A stretch of DNA of 62,964 bases, counting the filler, from Atractiella rhizophila (lineage: Eukaryota), in NCBI GenBank assembly GCA_021432655.1. It is 5 parts of 5 records of this genome, joined end to end, with 100 filler letters (N's around TTAATTAATTAA, not from the genome) between each part and the next. Parts side by side here need not be neighbours in the genome. Positions count along the whole stretch, not along the records: positions 19,797 to 39,483 come from MU271849.1; positions 39,584 to 59,149 come from MU271850.1; 3 more parts are not named here. One strand, 5' to 3'. The notes under the pieces were generated by a model. It ran no database searches and had not been told where the DNA came from. It worked only from the letters and a program-made list of their open reading frames with translations. Position 1 is the first letter of the stretch; every line of letters starts with the position of its first letter. Of this stretch, positions 27,047 through 40,387 are shown piece after piece. Both the position numbers and the translations under genes were made by a program.

Positions 27047-30000
27047 ATGTGGAGAAAATTTTACGCGCTTGCGCCGAAAGGAAGCGACATGCAAAGGGGG
27101 AATGAGCAGGAGAAGGAGGAGTTAATACAGGACGGCTGCGTCTTCGAACCGACTGCACTCCCTCCTTACTACCAATCTCAATCTGAACACCGTCCCACGG
27201 GGTACTCGAGGAACGGCCTGTCCTCCCCTTCTCCAACGATGAACACCTCCGCTACTCTATCCCCCTCCTGGTCCTGTCCCTCTCCACCACCGCAACTAAC
27301 TCGCAGTCCCTTCAGCTGTCAGAGGCCTCTTCAAACGCAACAGCGTGCGCCACAAGCGGGGCACCCTTTTGCCAACTCCATACAGTCTATCATTCCCGAA
27401 GATTCTGAGCCGTCAACTCCTCCTCGTCGAATGCAGCGGCATGAGCGACACATTAGAGAACGATGCCCATCCCCCGACTCCCAATGGTCGACCACTCCGC
27501 AAGATTCCCAGTCTCAAAGAGAATGGCCTACCTCTCCGCACAATTCTGAAGACATGTTCAGCGTTATGCCTGCCGCGTTTAAGCATCAATTACTGCTAGT
27601 GGTTTGCCGTATTATGTTGTCGATTAGTCCTCTTGCATTGCTGCAGCATGGTCAGCAAGTGAGGCACCGTTCTCCCGACTCCCGGAGCGACTCCATATGG
27701 TTTAACGTCCCGAAAAATTCTGAGCCGTCAACTCCTGCTCCACCGATGCAGCAGCATGAGCATGCGAGAGAAAGCTGCCCTTGCCCCGGCTCCCAATGGT
27801 CCACTGCTGCGCAAGGTCCTCACTCTCGAAGAGAATCGCCTACTTCTCTGCCCGACCTCCCGCCTCGAGGAGCAGTAGACATGTTCAACCTTGCTTCTGT
27901 CAATCCTACACCTCAATCGCTTCCAGCTTTGTCGCCAAATCCTCCTCAGCAGCGACATGAGCGGCATGCGAGAATAAGGCTTCCTTCCCCCGACTCCCAA
28001 TGGTCTACTACTGCGCAAGATGCTGACTCTCGAAGAGAATGGCCTACTTCTCCGCCCGACTTCCCGCCTCAAGGAGCAGTGGACACGTTCAACCTTACTT
28101 CTGACAATCCTATACCCCAATCGCTTCCAGCTTTGTCGCCAACTCCTCCTCCGCAGCGGCATGAGCGGCATATGAGAGAAAGTCGCCCTTCCCCCGGCTC
28201 CCAATGGTCTACAGATGCACAGGGTGCCGACTCTCGAAGAGAATGGCCTACTTCTCCGCCCGACTTCCCGCCTCGAGGAGCAGTAGACACGTTCAACCTT
28301 GCTTCTGTCAATCCTACACCTCAATCGCTTCCAGCTTTGTCGCCAAATCCTCCTCCCCAGCAACATGAGCGGCACGCGAGAAAAAGGCTTCCTTCCCCCG
28401 ACTCCCAATGGTCTACTACTGTGCAAGATGCTGACTCTCGAAGAGAATGGCCTACTTCTCCGCCCGACTTCCCGCCTCGAGGAGCAGTGGACACGTTCAA
28501 CCTTACTTCTGACAATCCTATACCCCAATCGCTGCCAGCTTTGTCGCCAAATCTTCCTCCGCAGCGGCATGAGCGGCATATGAGAGAAAGTCGCCCTTCC
28601 CCCGGCTCCCAATGGTCTACAGATGCACAGGGTGCCGACTCTCGAAGAGAATGGCCTACTTCTCCGCCCGACTTCCCGCCTCGAGGAGCAGTAGACACGT
28701 TCAACCTTGCTTCTGTCAATCCTACACCTCAATCGCTTCCAGCTTTGTCGCCAAATCCTCCTCCGCAGCGACATGAGCGGCATGCGAGAATAAGGCTTCC
28801 TTCCCCCGACTCCCAATGGTCTACTACTGCGCAAGATGCTGACTCTCGAAGAGAATGGCCTACTTCTCCGCCCGACTTCCTGCCTCGAGGAGCAGTAGAC
28901 ACGTTCAACCTTGCTTCTGTCAATCCTATACCCCAATCGCTATACCCCAATCGCTGCCAGCTTTGTCGCCAAATCCTCCTCCCCAGCAACATGAGCGGCA
29001 CGCGAGAAAAAGGCTTCCTTCCCCCGACTCCCAATGGTCTACTACTGCGCAAGATGCTGACTCTCGAAGAGAATGGCCTACTTCTCCGCCCGACTTCCTG
29101 CCTCGAGGAGCAGTAGACACGCTCAACCTTGCTTCTGTCAACCTTACACCTCAATTGCTGCCAGCTTTGTCGCCAACTCCTCCTCCGCAGCGACATGAGC
29201 GGCATGCGAGAGAATATTCCCCCGACTCCTACTCTGTTACTACTGCCCAACTTTCCCAGTCTCAACGACCATGGCGCATCACTCCGGGCGATCCCCAACT
29301 TCCAGGAGCGAAAGACACGAAGCGTGGGGATCAAATGATGAGCTTGAAGCGAGTTAGATTTCAAACCCCTATCGAGAGCCCAAAGCTGCCGACTACGACA
29401 GGGAAGGGTGGGATCATTCAGAAAGAGATGGCGAAAGTGGACACGAGAAGACCTGATGAGTAAGTATTGCCTTCGCATCACCCGCAGAGCATGAAACAGA
29501 GAATTGATGCGTCGCCGTTGCCTTCCCGTTAGTAGGATATGGCGAGAAGCAGAAGACATGTCCAACTTTATGCCTGCGGAGCTTAAGCGTCAATCAGTGC
29601 CAGAGGTTTGCCATTTTACGCGCTCAACTCCTCATCTTCCAGTGCAGCAGCATGAGCAGCAAGCGAGGAGAAGTCTCACTTCCCCCCACACATGGAGGAA
29701 CTCCCTATTGCCTACCGCTCCGCAAGAGTCCCACTCTCAAACACCACGACCTATCACTCCGCACGATCCCCAGCTTCAAGGAGCGAGTGAAATGAAGCGC
29801 CTGGATCAGATGATGGCGAGCTTGAACATCAGCACCACGGGACGAGGTAGATTTCAAACTGCAATTGAGAGGCCGAAGTTGCCCATTACGAGCGGGAAGG
29901 GTGGGTTCCCAAGTTTGGGCAATCAGAAAGGAAGGATGGTGAAAGTGGACATGAGAGGGCATCATGATCGAGGGTAAGTATTCTTCCACATTGCCTGCAT

Positions 30001-31737
30001 AGCATGAGACGGAGAATTGAGGCATCGCCGTTGTCTCCCCGTTGATAGGACGTGGCGAGCTTTCCAGTATCATGGAATGAAGAATGATAGCGGGATGCTG
30101 ACGGCGATATTATCTAGAGAATCCTTGCTCCTCAACCCAGCGACATCGCCTCTGAGAAGCCCGCCGATTTCAACCACTGGCTACAACTCAGCAAGTGGCT
30201 CAGAGACACGTGAGACTTGTTGATTATCTGCAGAACGCCATGCGCTAACCTGCCACATGCAGCCTCATCTTTTCAGAGGTTGAACAATTGGAAGGATTAT
30301 ATTGCCTCAGGTAATGACAGTGGCCAGTCAGGACGACCTTCCCAAACAGCCCTCGTTACGTGGCTACCAAATGAACTGCTCTTCCAAATATTTTGCCTTT
30401 TCTCACCTACAGTCTCTCGAGTCGAGGATCTGAATCAAGAATTTATAACACACATTTGCATCTTTCGACAGATATGCTCTGTATTCAGCAAAGTGGCATT
30501 GTCTGCCCTGCGCAATTATAGCAGTCGTTTTGCTGACCACTTTTCTTCCTATGCCTTGAACATCCGATATCTTAGGAACATGGCGATGGAACATGAGTTT
30601 ATGTGGAAGTTCGGCGAAAAGTTGAATTTAGGTCTTCCCGTTCCACCATCTAGCAGATCTTGGCTCGAATTATTGCGAGTTGTTGCGTCGTCGCCCGCTC
30701 GCACCGCGGTGCAAATCCACAATCTCCCGTGGGATGGTATTGATCTGAAGGATATGCTGGAATCTATTTCTTCATGTCGGCTAGCATCTTTGAGTCTTTT
30801 CTTTGGGGAGCAGCAAACAAAATTGTCTCTGCAGCAAATTCTACTTGTCCTGTCGCTCCACAATCTTGAATATGCTACCATATATGGGCTGATTCCTTCA
30901 CCAACGCAACGTTTCAAGTGGCGGAACGAGTACCTTCCCTCCAGAATCGAAAGTCTTGATTTGCTTCGTTGTTGCCTTTGCGATGAAGATGTCTATGGCT
31001 TAGGAGGATCAAGGACTCGTTCAAAGCCACGGAGGTTGTACATCGAGACACTGAGGTTCAGCTCATTCCATCATCTGCTTACCGCTGATGGCTTTCGTCG
31101 CTTTTTGAGAAGTATTGAGCCGCTACATCTCTGCTGTGCATTTCAGGAGCTTTCAGCTAGTGAAGGCAACATATGTCGCCTCGGAGGATACGTCGACAAG
31201 GCACTCCTTCACACTGTCCAGTTTCGATTCGGCCGTCCTCGAGGCGGCACACTTTACCTTGATGGAGGAAAGGAGGACTCGAATCTGATCTCTGATCAAT
31301 TTCTGACGGTCGATGCTCAATGGCAGTATCTGTCAGAGTTGATATTCATCTACTCACATTTTCCGGCGAGTGCAATCTTTGAGTTCCTGCAATCGGCCAC
31401 TCGAAGACATCCTCCATTGCCCGATAGGCATTTGGTCGTCCAACTGAAGCCATTCTTTGGAGACTGTGACTTTTCTACATCCTGGTTCTCCGAAGCCCTT
31501 GGGACATTCCAAACCTCACTAGCAACGACTTCTGTCGAATCATTCCACCAGAGGTACGGGGAAAGCTCCAGATATCACCTGCAGTACGATCCGTTAAGAT
31601 CCGGTGCCATTTTTACGGTTTTTTGCATGCGGGATGGCTATCTGGTTGATCTCTGGATTATTGATCAAGATGATGCGTCCGGGAACGAGGACTCCCTCCA
31701 CTTTTGGAAAAATTTCGATAGTTACTACAGCTGCTGA
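27047..31737 (+). CDS. Pro/Ser-rich tandem-repeat protein, probably spliced to a C-terminal F-box-like region; frameshifted
   Basis: ORFs 27047-29116, 28855-29463 and 29504-29977 are linked by GTAAGT introns at ~29460 and ~29974. ORF 30217-31737 has the F-box-like LVTWLPNELLFQIF...FRQICSVF. Whether this is one gene or two is uncertain. Confidence 0.55.
27770..29230 (+). repeat. Coding tandem repeat, 204 bp (68 aa), ~7 copies with A/B alternation
   Basis: GGAGCAGTrGACAyGTTCAACCTT recurs every 204 bp. The peptide unit is RREWPTSPPDFPPRGAVDTFNL...PQSLPALSP...HERH...SQWST. Confidence 0.97.
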
Positions 31738-32569
31738 AGCCTTCAGACTGGTGGAATCTCAACCAAGGACTGTGTACATCTAACTGGGCCAACAGGAAGG
31801 TTTTAAGTGCTTAGCGGATCTGGAAGCTGGCATAGTGTGCTTTCATTGCGTTGACATTGCAGCCGGGTTAAATAATGCGATCATGAAAGGATCCTTTTAT
31901 ATTGTGCAACTTGTTCTCTTTGAGGCGGAGATTGAAAGCGAGGTGACGGACATAGCGTATAGTCCGGAGACACCTTGCCCTGGAGACCTTGCTGGAGGAA
32001 GAGGCAATGACCTTTATAGTGTGCTATACTTCTATGACCTTTGAAATGCCAATGTCTATGTCCCAGCTACAGATATATGACAAGCGCAGTCCTTATAGAT
32101 AGATATGTTCAGAGTCACTGCCGAATCTCACTAATCGCAGAAGAGATTTGAACGAGTAATAATATAGCTTGGTCATTACAATAACTATGCTCTTCATACA
32201 CTCACAACAACAGTTGCTCATAACTTATAAGTGTGAAAACTCAAGCTGAGATAAATGAGGAAGAAACGACTGAAGTGAGAAGATGAGACGAATAAAGTCG
32301 AGGCATATGGATGGAGAAAAGTGAGACGGACCATCGAGAATAACTCGAGATGGATTCGACTTGGTATACAAGAAGAGGCTGAGAGAAAAAGGCGAAGGAA
32401 TTTGGAAGATCATTCATGGAAACTTGATGTGAAGAGTTGAATGAGGAGGAATCAAGACGGAACACAGAGACAAAGAACACTCAGAAGGCACACAGAGACA
32501 ATACTCTCATGTGAAATTCGCGAGAGAACAAGATGAAAATGAAATGAAAAGGGATCATGGAAGTTGTAA

Positions 32570-33880
32570 CGTACCCTCCAACGTGAAAGCATACAACCTG
32601 ATTAGGGCTGGACATGAGTCGATGAGAACGAGGTAGAATAATACGTGATGCAGAAAGAAATCAGAAACGTCGAAGACGCAATCAAACTAAGCTATGCACA
32701 TGGATCAATCCACAAAATAAAGGCAGGCGAAACACGGTGAAGTGCTTGAGAGGGCTGGCTTAGATTCGATCGCGTCGTCCAATCTAACATTTACTATCCC
32801 ATCTAACATTTATTAGTATTCAAACAACTAACGTGAAGGGAAGTGATGCAGGAAAAGCTCATAAACCTCAACATACCTTGTTAATTGGAGTCGACTCCGC
32901 CCCACATTGCAACGGAGTCAGAAGTCTGAACACTTTCGCCCATGACAGCAGTCATTACCACATTCAAGGAAGAACCAACGACCAAGAACGGGGTGGACGT
33001 ACTGATTGCTGATTCCCCACAGCGGAGTAGTCACCATGTTAGAGACATTGCCATCCCTGTTCCCCCAAACGAATATCCGTAAGCGGCGATTGACAAGAGA
33101 TAGAGCAGAAGGCAGAAAACGAGACGCACACTGACGCAGAAGCATGTGCTTGTAGTTCGATAATTTCCACTTGAGAAGAATTTGGGGGTGAAACTGTCCC
33201 AAACGACAAGCATTAGACTTTCGAGAACATGAGATGGTGGCGAATGAATACGTACGTCGTTGCAGGAAGTGGAATGTGCAGTTGGGCAATTTCCACTTTC
33301 GAGTAAAAGTTATGGGCCAGACTATCCCAAACGTTCGCGAATTAAGTTAAGTTGAAGACGAAAGGGGGGGAACGGGAGAAGAGAAAACGAACTCGGCAGA
33401 CGAGATATTGGAAGCGTTGGAGTCCTCATCGTCGTCCCACGCTTTCTGGATGTGAGCTGACTTCTCAAAGTCGGAGTCAGCCTTCTCTTCGGTATTTTGA
33501 GAACTATTCCCCATTGAAAGGTGTTAGCGCACAGTATAGAACTACGGGAGAAGAAAGAGGCGTACATAAATTTGGCGAGAGGATGCGGAGGTCGAACTTT
33601 CGTGCACCTTTGAGGAGACGTGGGAGGAGTGACGGTGGCACTCGTGGCTAGTTGCTCAATTGTCGTCTTTGTTTCCTTCTTCATCTTGGCCTGTCGAGCT
33701 TTCTTTGCATGACTTCTCGCCGCCGCCGTCTTCGAGCTCCTAGGTGATTTCTCGTCAGAATCGTTACCAGCGGAGAGGAAATATGCAGGAGGAGTCGGGA
33801 GAGGGCACCTACTTCTTCATCGCCTTCAAAGAGAGCGTAGGACGAGCTCTCGCCAAGTTGTTCTTCGTGGATCGAGCCAT
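32570..33880 (-). CDS. Hypothetical multi-exon protein (basic N-terminus, Cys/His-containing C-terminal part)
   Basis: MARSTKNNLAR... is followed by ORF pieces 33322-33684 and 32918-33289 with intron-like breaks. The boundaries are approximate. Confidence 0.3.
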
Positions 33881-36800
33881 AATTGACTGTTAGTAGTACC
33901 GTGGATAAAAATACGCTGCAGATAGCTTGTAAACAAGAAGTTGCTCGGGAGAGAGCTAATCAAGAAAGGTAAAAGTGTAGAAGAGTGGTCGTTGGTGGAG
34001 GGAGAGCTAAGCTGAGCGACCGGCCTTTTATAGGACGTCTGATCTTGTATCAGGACACTATAATTCTTGTTTTGCTTATTAGACTTTTTGTAATGTTTAT
34101 ATCACGTTTTGTCTTTCGATTTCGTGAGAAAGCCCCTTTCCCAGGCTAATTACAACTGAGACACAATGACGACAATCCTAATTTTCATCAAGCGGTCACA
34201 AACCACCAAGTTGTGAACATCAATCGTCTGATTATGAGCCATGATACGTTCTCCTTGAAGATATGATAAGAAATTTATGGTGGCCATAAAGCGTATGAGA
34301 GAAAATCCGAAGAAACCAACAGACCGGAAGTCGCGGGGGCAAATGGGTCTCATCCCGAAATCCCCCATCAATCTACTAGAAATTCTCACCTGCGAGCTTT
34401 AAGCAACTCAGAGTTCGTTGTAGACGAGCTCTCGAAAGTAGTGCCCATATCGTTAGATATAGAGACGCTCTCCAGCCTCTTTGAGAAAAAAATTGCAAAA
34501 AACTAAGAAAAATCGAAAATTCCACGTATCTCACTGTTACACTCTCTTACGGTGCCACAATCAGCACACAAGGCTTTTATAGAGCTGAAGAAGGTTGCAT
34601 ACGAGTTCCCAATCTCTTTTAGATTTGTGGCGTTTGAGGCGCTCCGTCGCGTTTTACGCGATCAAAAAGCGTGACGCGCATTCTCTTCTCTACATTCACT
34701 TTGACAGATAACGACGTCTCCCATGTCTCCCTTGCATTATGTACTCGCCTAATCCTCCCTACCATACCTGAAGATTCAACCATCTGAACCGATACTTCAA
34801 GGCAGGATGAAAGGGCGAGGATGGACCCACGCTGTGGGATGAGTTTTGAACGTTCGACAGGGGATGAGGGAACATGTTTAGGGGTCATGACTTTGGATAT
34901 CGCGGTGAGACCTCTTTTGGCTGAGTTTTTGTGTCAGGGAGTGGAGGACAATGGGACTTCTTCCAGCTTGAAATAAAGCTTTTTCTATCGTACGATGTTT
35001 CGCCATCTTTTTCTGCTTTCTCTCAGCAGTGGCATTAATTCCAGTGGTACTCTGGTCTCATTCGAGTTTATTATCAAACCAGAGGGGCAAACTTGTTTGG
35101 CTCTTTTTCGCCAAATGATCAAGTAGCTGTGATCTTGCCCTTGACTCTTTATCTTTGGCGTATGATGCCTCACTCTTCAGAAGATCTTTCGAAGCTCTCT
35201 ATTTTATTGGGAGTTTTGATCATAGCTCTCATCAAGCAAGGGTTTCCAGAAAAGATTTTCGAACGAGCGAGTCCGACTATCCATTTCTGGGTTTAATGTA
35301 AGCAAGCAGTTTGAACTGTTGCTTTGGACCCATTTCTGAAGTAGAATTGAGTGTTAGCGCACCTCAAAGCCCATCCCTATCCCAAACTTCTTCCATACCA
35401 CTAATTCCTCTTCACACAATGATCTTTAGTACCTCTTCGGCTAGTCTACAACAGAACGAGAGCGTCGTTGCCTTACGGAGGGAGGTATTGAACGTTTGCA
35501 TGGGAGGGTTTGTGGGATAGTCCTCCAAGAAAGTCGAAACCTATATATAAGACTTCTGATCAGGCGAGGACGGTTGCTGTTGTTGAGCTGCAGCCATGAC
35601 CTTGTCAGCTCCAGTTCGAACAATACACAGTTGGTGACGTTGTGTGCGTCTCTAACGACGGGCTGCGGGGTGCTGCCCTCTAAGTACACGTGTGTTGCCT
35701 CTCTAGCAAGTTGTAGGGTCGGAAGAGCGCTGATTCTCCTTCTATTTGTATATCTGCGGTGCAGGCGTCAATGCCGTAGGCGACTCATAGAGTTTCGCGC
35801 GCACCTTCTCTGCTATCCACCCGCTTAAACGAGACTCTCAGCGGAGTCTCGCCAGCAATAATCATGGACTGAGGTCGCGAGGGGAGACCGGACCTAATCC
35901 ACTCGGACCATTGATGGACTATGCTGAGCATGAGGGATTCTTTTCTAATGCATCTCTTTCTGCTGATAGTGTCATATCAGTTGTGTCCGGAGAGATGAGA
36001 CATGAATGTCTTTACCTGACAGTCACTCGACACTCATCTGCATCAACTCTCGCCAGAAGTCTCGCTCAGGCACGATTTCGGCTGGAAGTCTCGTCTAAGG
36101 CTACGAATCAGTGAAGAGTTCCGGCTATGATTGACGAGAGAGGTGACAGGACAACGCACAGGCACCTTCTGCCCAGAAGCAAGAGGCAAACTGCCCTCTC
36201 GCTCGGCCCATCTTATGGCATCCAACATACCAACATAGTATCCTTTATAGGCCGAACGGTCTGAATCCCGCCAGACTGCGCATATCAACCCGCTTCAAAG
36301 CTCCTCGCCAAAGACGGGGTTTTTGATCCCTTCGCCTGAAATAAGTTGCTTACGTACCCATGGTCATCATACTAGTGGTGGAGGGTATTTGTCGATATTT
36401 GGATACTGATCGTCAGGCTTTTGCACCGCGATTTGAAGTGAGACATGCAGGCACTTGAAGCACACCTGCTTCATTCGAAGGATAAGTTGTTGCCTAGTGG
36501 ATCACTAACGATAACAAATAACTTAGGGCAACTTTATTGTATGCACATTGTTGTAAGCTGTCCTCATCTGATCCCTTTGCTCAAACCTGTCCCGCCCGCA
36601 CTTTTCTCCGTCCTCCTCACCTTGCCTCCATTCTTCACTTCCTTCAAGCCGCTTCAAAGTTCACCTTCACGTCATCAACTTGGCCAACCTTGCTTACTGA
36701 AGCACACGGTAACAGACTGTCGAACCAAGCGAGACTCCATCAATTTGTGTGGACCTGGTGTTGCAAGTTGAATTCCAAGTTGCTCGTTGATTGCATGGCG

Positions 36801-37047
36801 CGTGCAGTGCTCCTCCACCACAATTAATCAACAACGCAAGGATTCTCCCTCCATAATCAATCACAATACTCTCCGCCTGTACTAGTCAGTCTCCGAGCGC
36901 TGTGCCTCCCCACTTTGAACAAGGCGGCCACGACGTTCTAAGCCCGCTAGGGTGAAACTGTGGTCATCCAACAAAACCAGCTCAACCCGAGCAATTTCTG
37001 TTCTCACTCACACCCAGTCGAATCCACAACGAGCAAGAGGGATAGTG

Positions 37048-39274
37048 ATGCTCCTTCTACCACTCCTGCTTCCGGCCGCTCTTGCGCTGTGGCCCGCGCC
37101 AGTTTCCTTCCAGAAGGGAGAAGGAGTTGTAAGACTATCAGATGGATTTGGCATACGAACGAATGGATTCCATGCTCCTCCTGTGCGAATCCAACGTCCT
37201 CGAATGAGTTTGAGCTAATAGGATGGGATAGGACCTCCAAAAAGCAGTCGACCGGACGAAGTCGCACCTGATAAAGGACGAGCATGGACGAATGATACCT
37301 TCCCGTGGTGCAGAGGACGAATCCGCCGTCTCCTCCGCCGATACACTCAGCGCACTCGTCCTCAAACTCTCCTCTCCAAAAACCAAACGCTCAGCTGCAG
37401 GCAATGAAGCTGAATTTGCCTTGCCTGGCTTCCAGGCTCTCCCACGCGCAGTCTCGGAATCCAGTATTCCTAAGGGGACGTTGAAGACCGTGGCGGAGGA
37501 GACGAATGCACCTCTAGAGGAGTGGGATGAGGCTTACTCGTTAACTATACCGCAAAAGGGGGAGGCTGTTCTTGAGGCAGGATCCGCCCTGGGATTCCTG
37601 AGAGGATTGGAGAGCTTCAGTCAACTCGTGTATCAATTGCCGAAGAAGGGTAAGAAGGACAGGTACATCGTCGACGTGCCGTTGAAGATCCAGGACAAGC
37701 CTGCCTTCGCGTATCGTGGTATGCTTGATCCGTTCGCTGTTTACTTGCACGGACGTCCTGATGAGAGTGATTGACAGGCTTCCTTCTGGATACCTCAAGG
37801 AATTGGTTCCCTCTGGATGCGGTGAAGAGACAGCTGGATGCTATGTCTTATGCTAAGGTGCACGACTCTTTCAATATTCATTCCCCCTTGACCATCGGCG
37901 CAATAGTTAAACGTCTTCCACTGGCACATCGTCGATTCCAACTCTTTCCCTCTCTCCCTCTCTAAAGCTCCCTACTCCCTCCTTTCCGAAGCCGCTGCCT
38001 TCTCCCCCGAACAAACTTACTCCCAAAAGGACTTTGTAGAAGTCCTAAAGTACGCTCAAGAGCGCGGAATCACCACCATGGTTGAGGTGGACAGTCCTGG
38101 TCACATGTCGGCTGTCGGAAAGGCTTTCCCTGAGCTTGGAGCGTGCATTGAGGCCTCGCCTTGGGGAACTTACGCCGCGGAACCGCCGTCAGGACAAGTG
38201 AGGTTGACGGATGAGGGTGTTGAATTTGTGGCGGGATTGTTTGACGAGTTGACGTCTCTTACTCCGGGTGAGCTTTTACAAATATGAATGTGCTCTGAAC
38301 CATGCTGAGAGATTATGCAAAGGTCATTACTTCTCCACTGGGGGAGATGAAGTTGTCAGCCCGTTGATTTCTTTTACTGCGACATTCCTCTCAATCCTGG
38401 CAACTGTAGAACCTGAACTGCTACAACAATGATGGACCGACACAGGATTTGCTAGCCGCTAAAAACTGGACGATTGAAGATGCTGTCACCAACTTCGTCG
38501 TAAAGACTCATCAGTCTCTGGCGAAGAACGGCAAGGTCTCGCCTGTCCTTCCCAATGTTCAATTCATTAAGAAAGGGCTCAGGTTCCCGCCGTTTGGGAC
38601 GAGATTGCGTTGAATCACCAGGTCGGTCAAACCCACCAGATCAGCAACGAGTCCCTCGTCATTGTCTGGCGAGACTCGTCCTTCGTAAAAGAAGCGATCG
38701 AGGCTAACTACAAGATCATTCACGCCGCGTCAAACTATTTCTACCTCGACTGTAGGCCGCTGTCTATTTTCCCTCGAACTTCTATTTACTGAGACGTTTG
38801 CAGGTGGAGCCGGAGGTTGGGTTGGCGACTGTCCAACTTGTGGTTCTTGGTGTGCGCCATTCAAGACATGGCAACACATCTACACCTTCGACCCTTACGC
38901 AAATGTCACGGATGATAAAAGAGATCTCGTCATTGAAGGTCAAACACTGCTATGGGCAGAACAATCTGGGCCGGAGAACGTGGACAGCATCGTCTGGTAA
39001 ATATTTCTTTCTACTTCATGGGAAGGAGTTGAACGGATGGAAACAGGCCCAGAGCTGCCGCTGCAGGTGAGCTTTGGTGGAGTGGAGGTGGAGACGTTGC
39101 AGAGGCGCTTCCTCGCCTTCATGACTGGAGGTCAGTTGTCATGTCCCCTTTCTTATATTTGATGCTGATTGGTGGACGAATAGCTACCGTGCTAAGAGGA
39201 GGGGCATTCAAACTATTATGCTCCAGAGCGAATGGTGCGCATATCACCCTGGTAAGTGTGACTTGACCGCTTGA
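37048..39274 (+). CDS. Secreted beta-N-acetylhexosaminidase (GH20)
   Basis: It has a signal peptide MLLLPLLLPAALA-LWPAP, then DEAYSLTIP, IQDKPAFAYRG/FLLDTSRN, FHWHIVDSNSFP, EVDSPGH, STGGDE, FYLDCGAGGW, LWAEQ, WPRAAAAGE and PEWC. Confidence 0.95.
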
Positions 39275-39483
39275 AGCCCAAAATGTCAACGGAACCATTT
39301 GCAATTGCCATGTTTCTGTATTCAACGTCGATATTTGATTGAAACTGGAACAACACGAGCAATAGCAGCGAACCATTTAACCTCTTTCGCATAGAATTAG
39401 ACACCATTTTATTGGATACCGCATTCACCTTTCCTAGGCTACATATACTTCGAAGCCTTATCATTGCTAGGAATCGCTGTCTC

Positions 39484-39583
39484 NNNNNNNNNNNNNNNNN
39501 NNNNNNNNNNNNNNNNNNNNNNNNNNNTTAATTAATTAANNNNNNNNNNNNNNNNNNNNNNNNNNNNNNNNNNNNNNNNNNNN
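39484..39583. other. Artificial contig-join linker
   Basis: N44-TTAATTAATTAA-N44. Confidence 0.97.
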
Positions 39584-40169
39584 TGTTCCCTCTCGCGATC
39601 ACGTTCGGAATGCCGGTCGTCGCGATGGCTCTCCCTGTCTTTATCTCGTGGGGATACGGAGCGTCTCGAACGGCGGGGAGAGGGAGAACGACGATGGGAG
39701 CGGTCGCGAGAGCGCGACCTGTCGTGCCTGGATGATCGGTGTCTGTCCCTCGAGCGGGAACGGCTCCTCCTCCTCTCCCTGTCCCTGTCTCTCTCACGGT
39801 CTTTGTCCCTATCTTTCTCTCTTTCCCTGTCACGATCCCTATCCCTGTCACGCTCTTTTTCTCGCTCCCTCTCTTTATCCCTGTCATCTGGACTCCGTCG
39901 ACGTGGGGAACGCGAGCGCGAACGAGCACGAGAACGCTCCTTCATCGATACATGTCAGTGTGGTGTGGATTTCTATTACGAAAGCGCGTACGGAATAGTC
40001 CGCCTCCTTTCTCGTATATCCATCTTCAGCTCCACCATCCGTCTCTCTTCCATTACGCGGAGAAGCCTTTGGCAATCACAAATTTGGAGTGAGATGGATA
40101 GGATGGGGTGAAGGCTGCACGTACGGATTTGGGCCGTTCCACTTGGATGACATCAGCTTTGCTTTCCAT
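39584..40169 (-). CDS. RS/RD-repeat protein (splicing-factor-like), only the 5' part present
   Basis: Phase-0 spliced exons read MESKADVIQVERPKS|ASPRNG...EADYS|ERSRARSRSRSPRRRSPDDRDKERERE... and run into the linker. Confidence 0.75.
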
Positions 40170-40387
40170 GGCAATAAATTAAGACGGAACGCGTACCAGA
40201 GTCGTCTTCCATGATCTTTTTCAGTGTTTGAGAGGCAATTCGGGATTTTGTCAGAGTCCCCTTCGTCGTTTTTTCGACCCGCGAGAGGGACAGAACAAAG
40301 CCTAACCCTAAGCCGACAACTTAGGAAATAGAAAATCGACAGAAGCTTTCGATCTGGCAACAATATTGAAGTTGAAGAAGTCAAGCT

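Noticed and set aside
33900..36950. Short ORFs in the long region upstream of the GH20 gene
   Set aside because: No recognisable domain or consistent exon chain; I cannot support a gene call.
40301..40311. CCTAACCCTAA as a telomere or telomerase-template sequence
   Set aside because: It is under two repeat units long and lies in a short divergent promoter; at most it is a telobox-like site.
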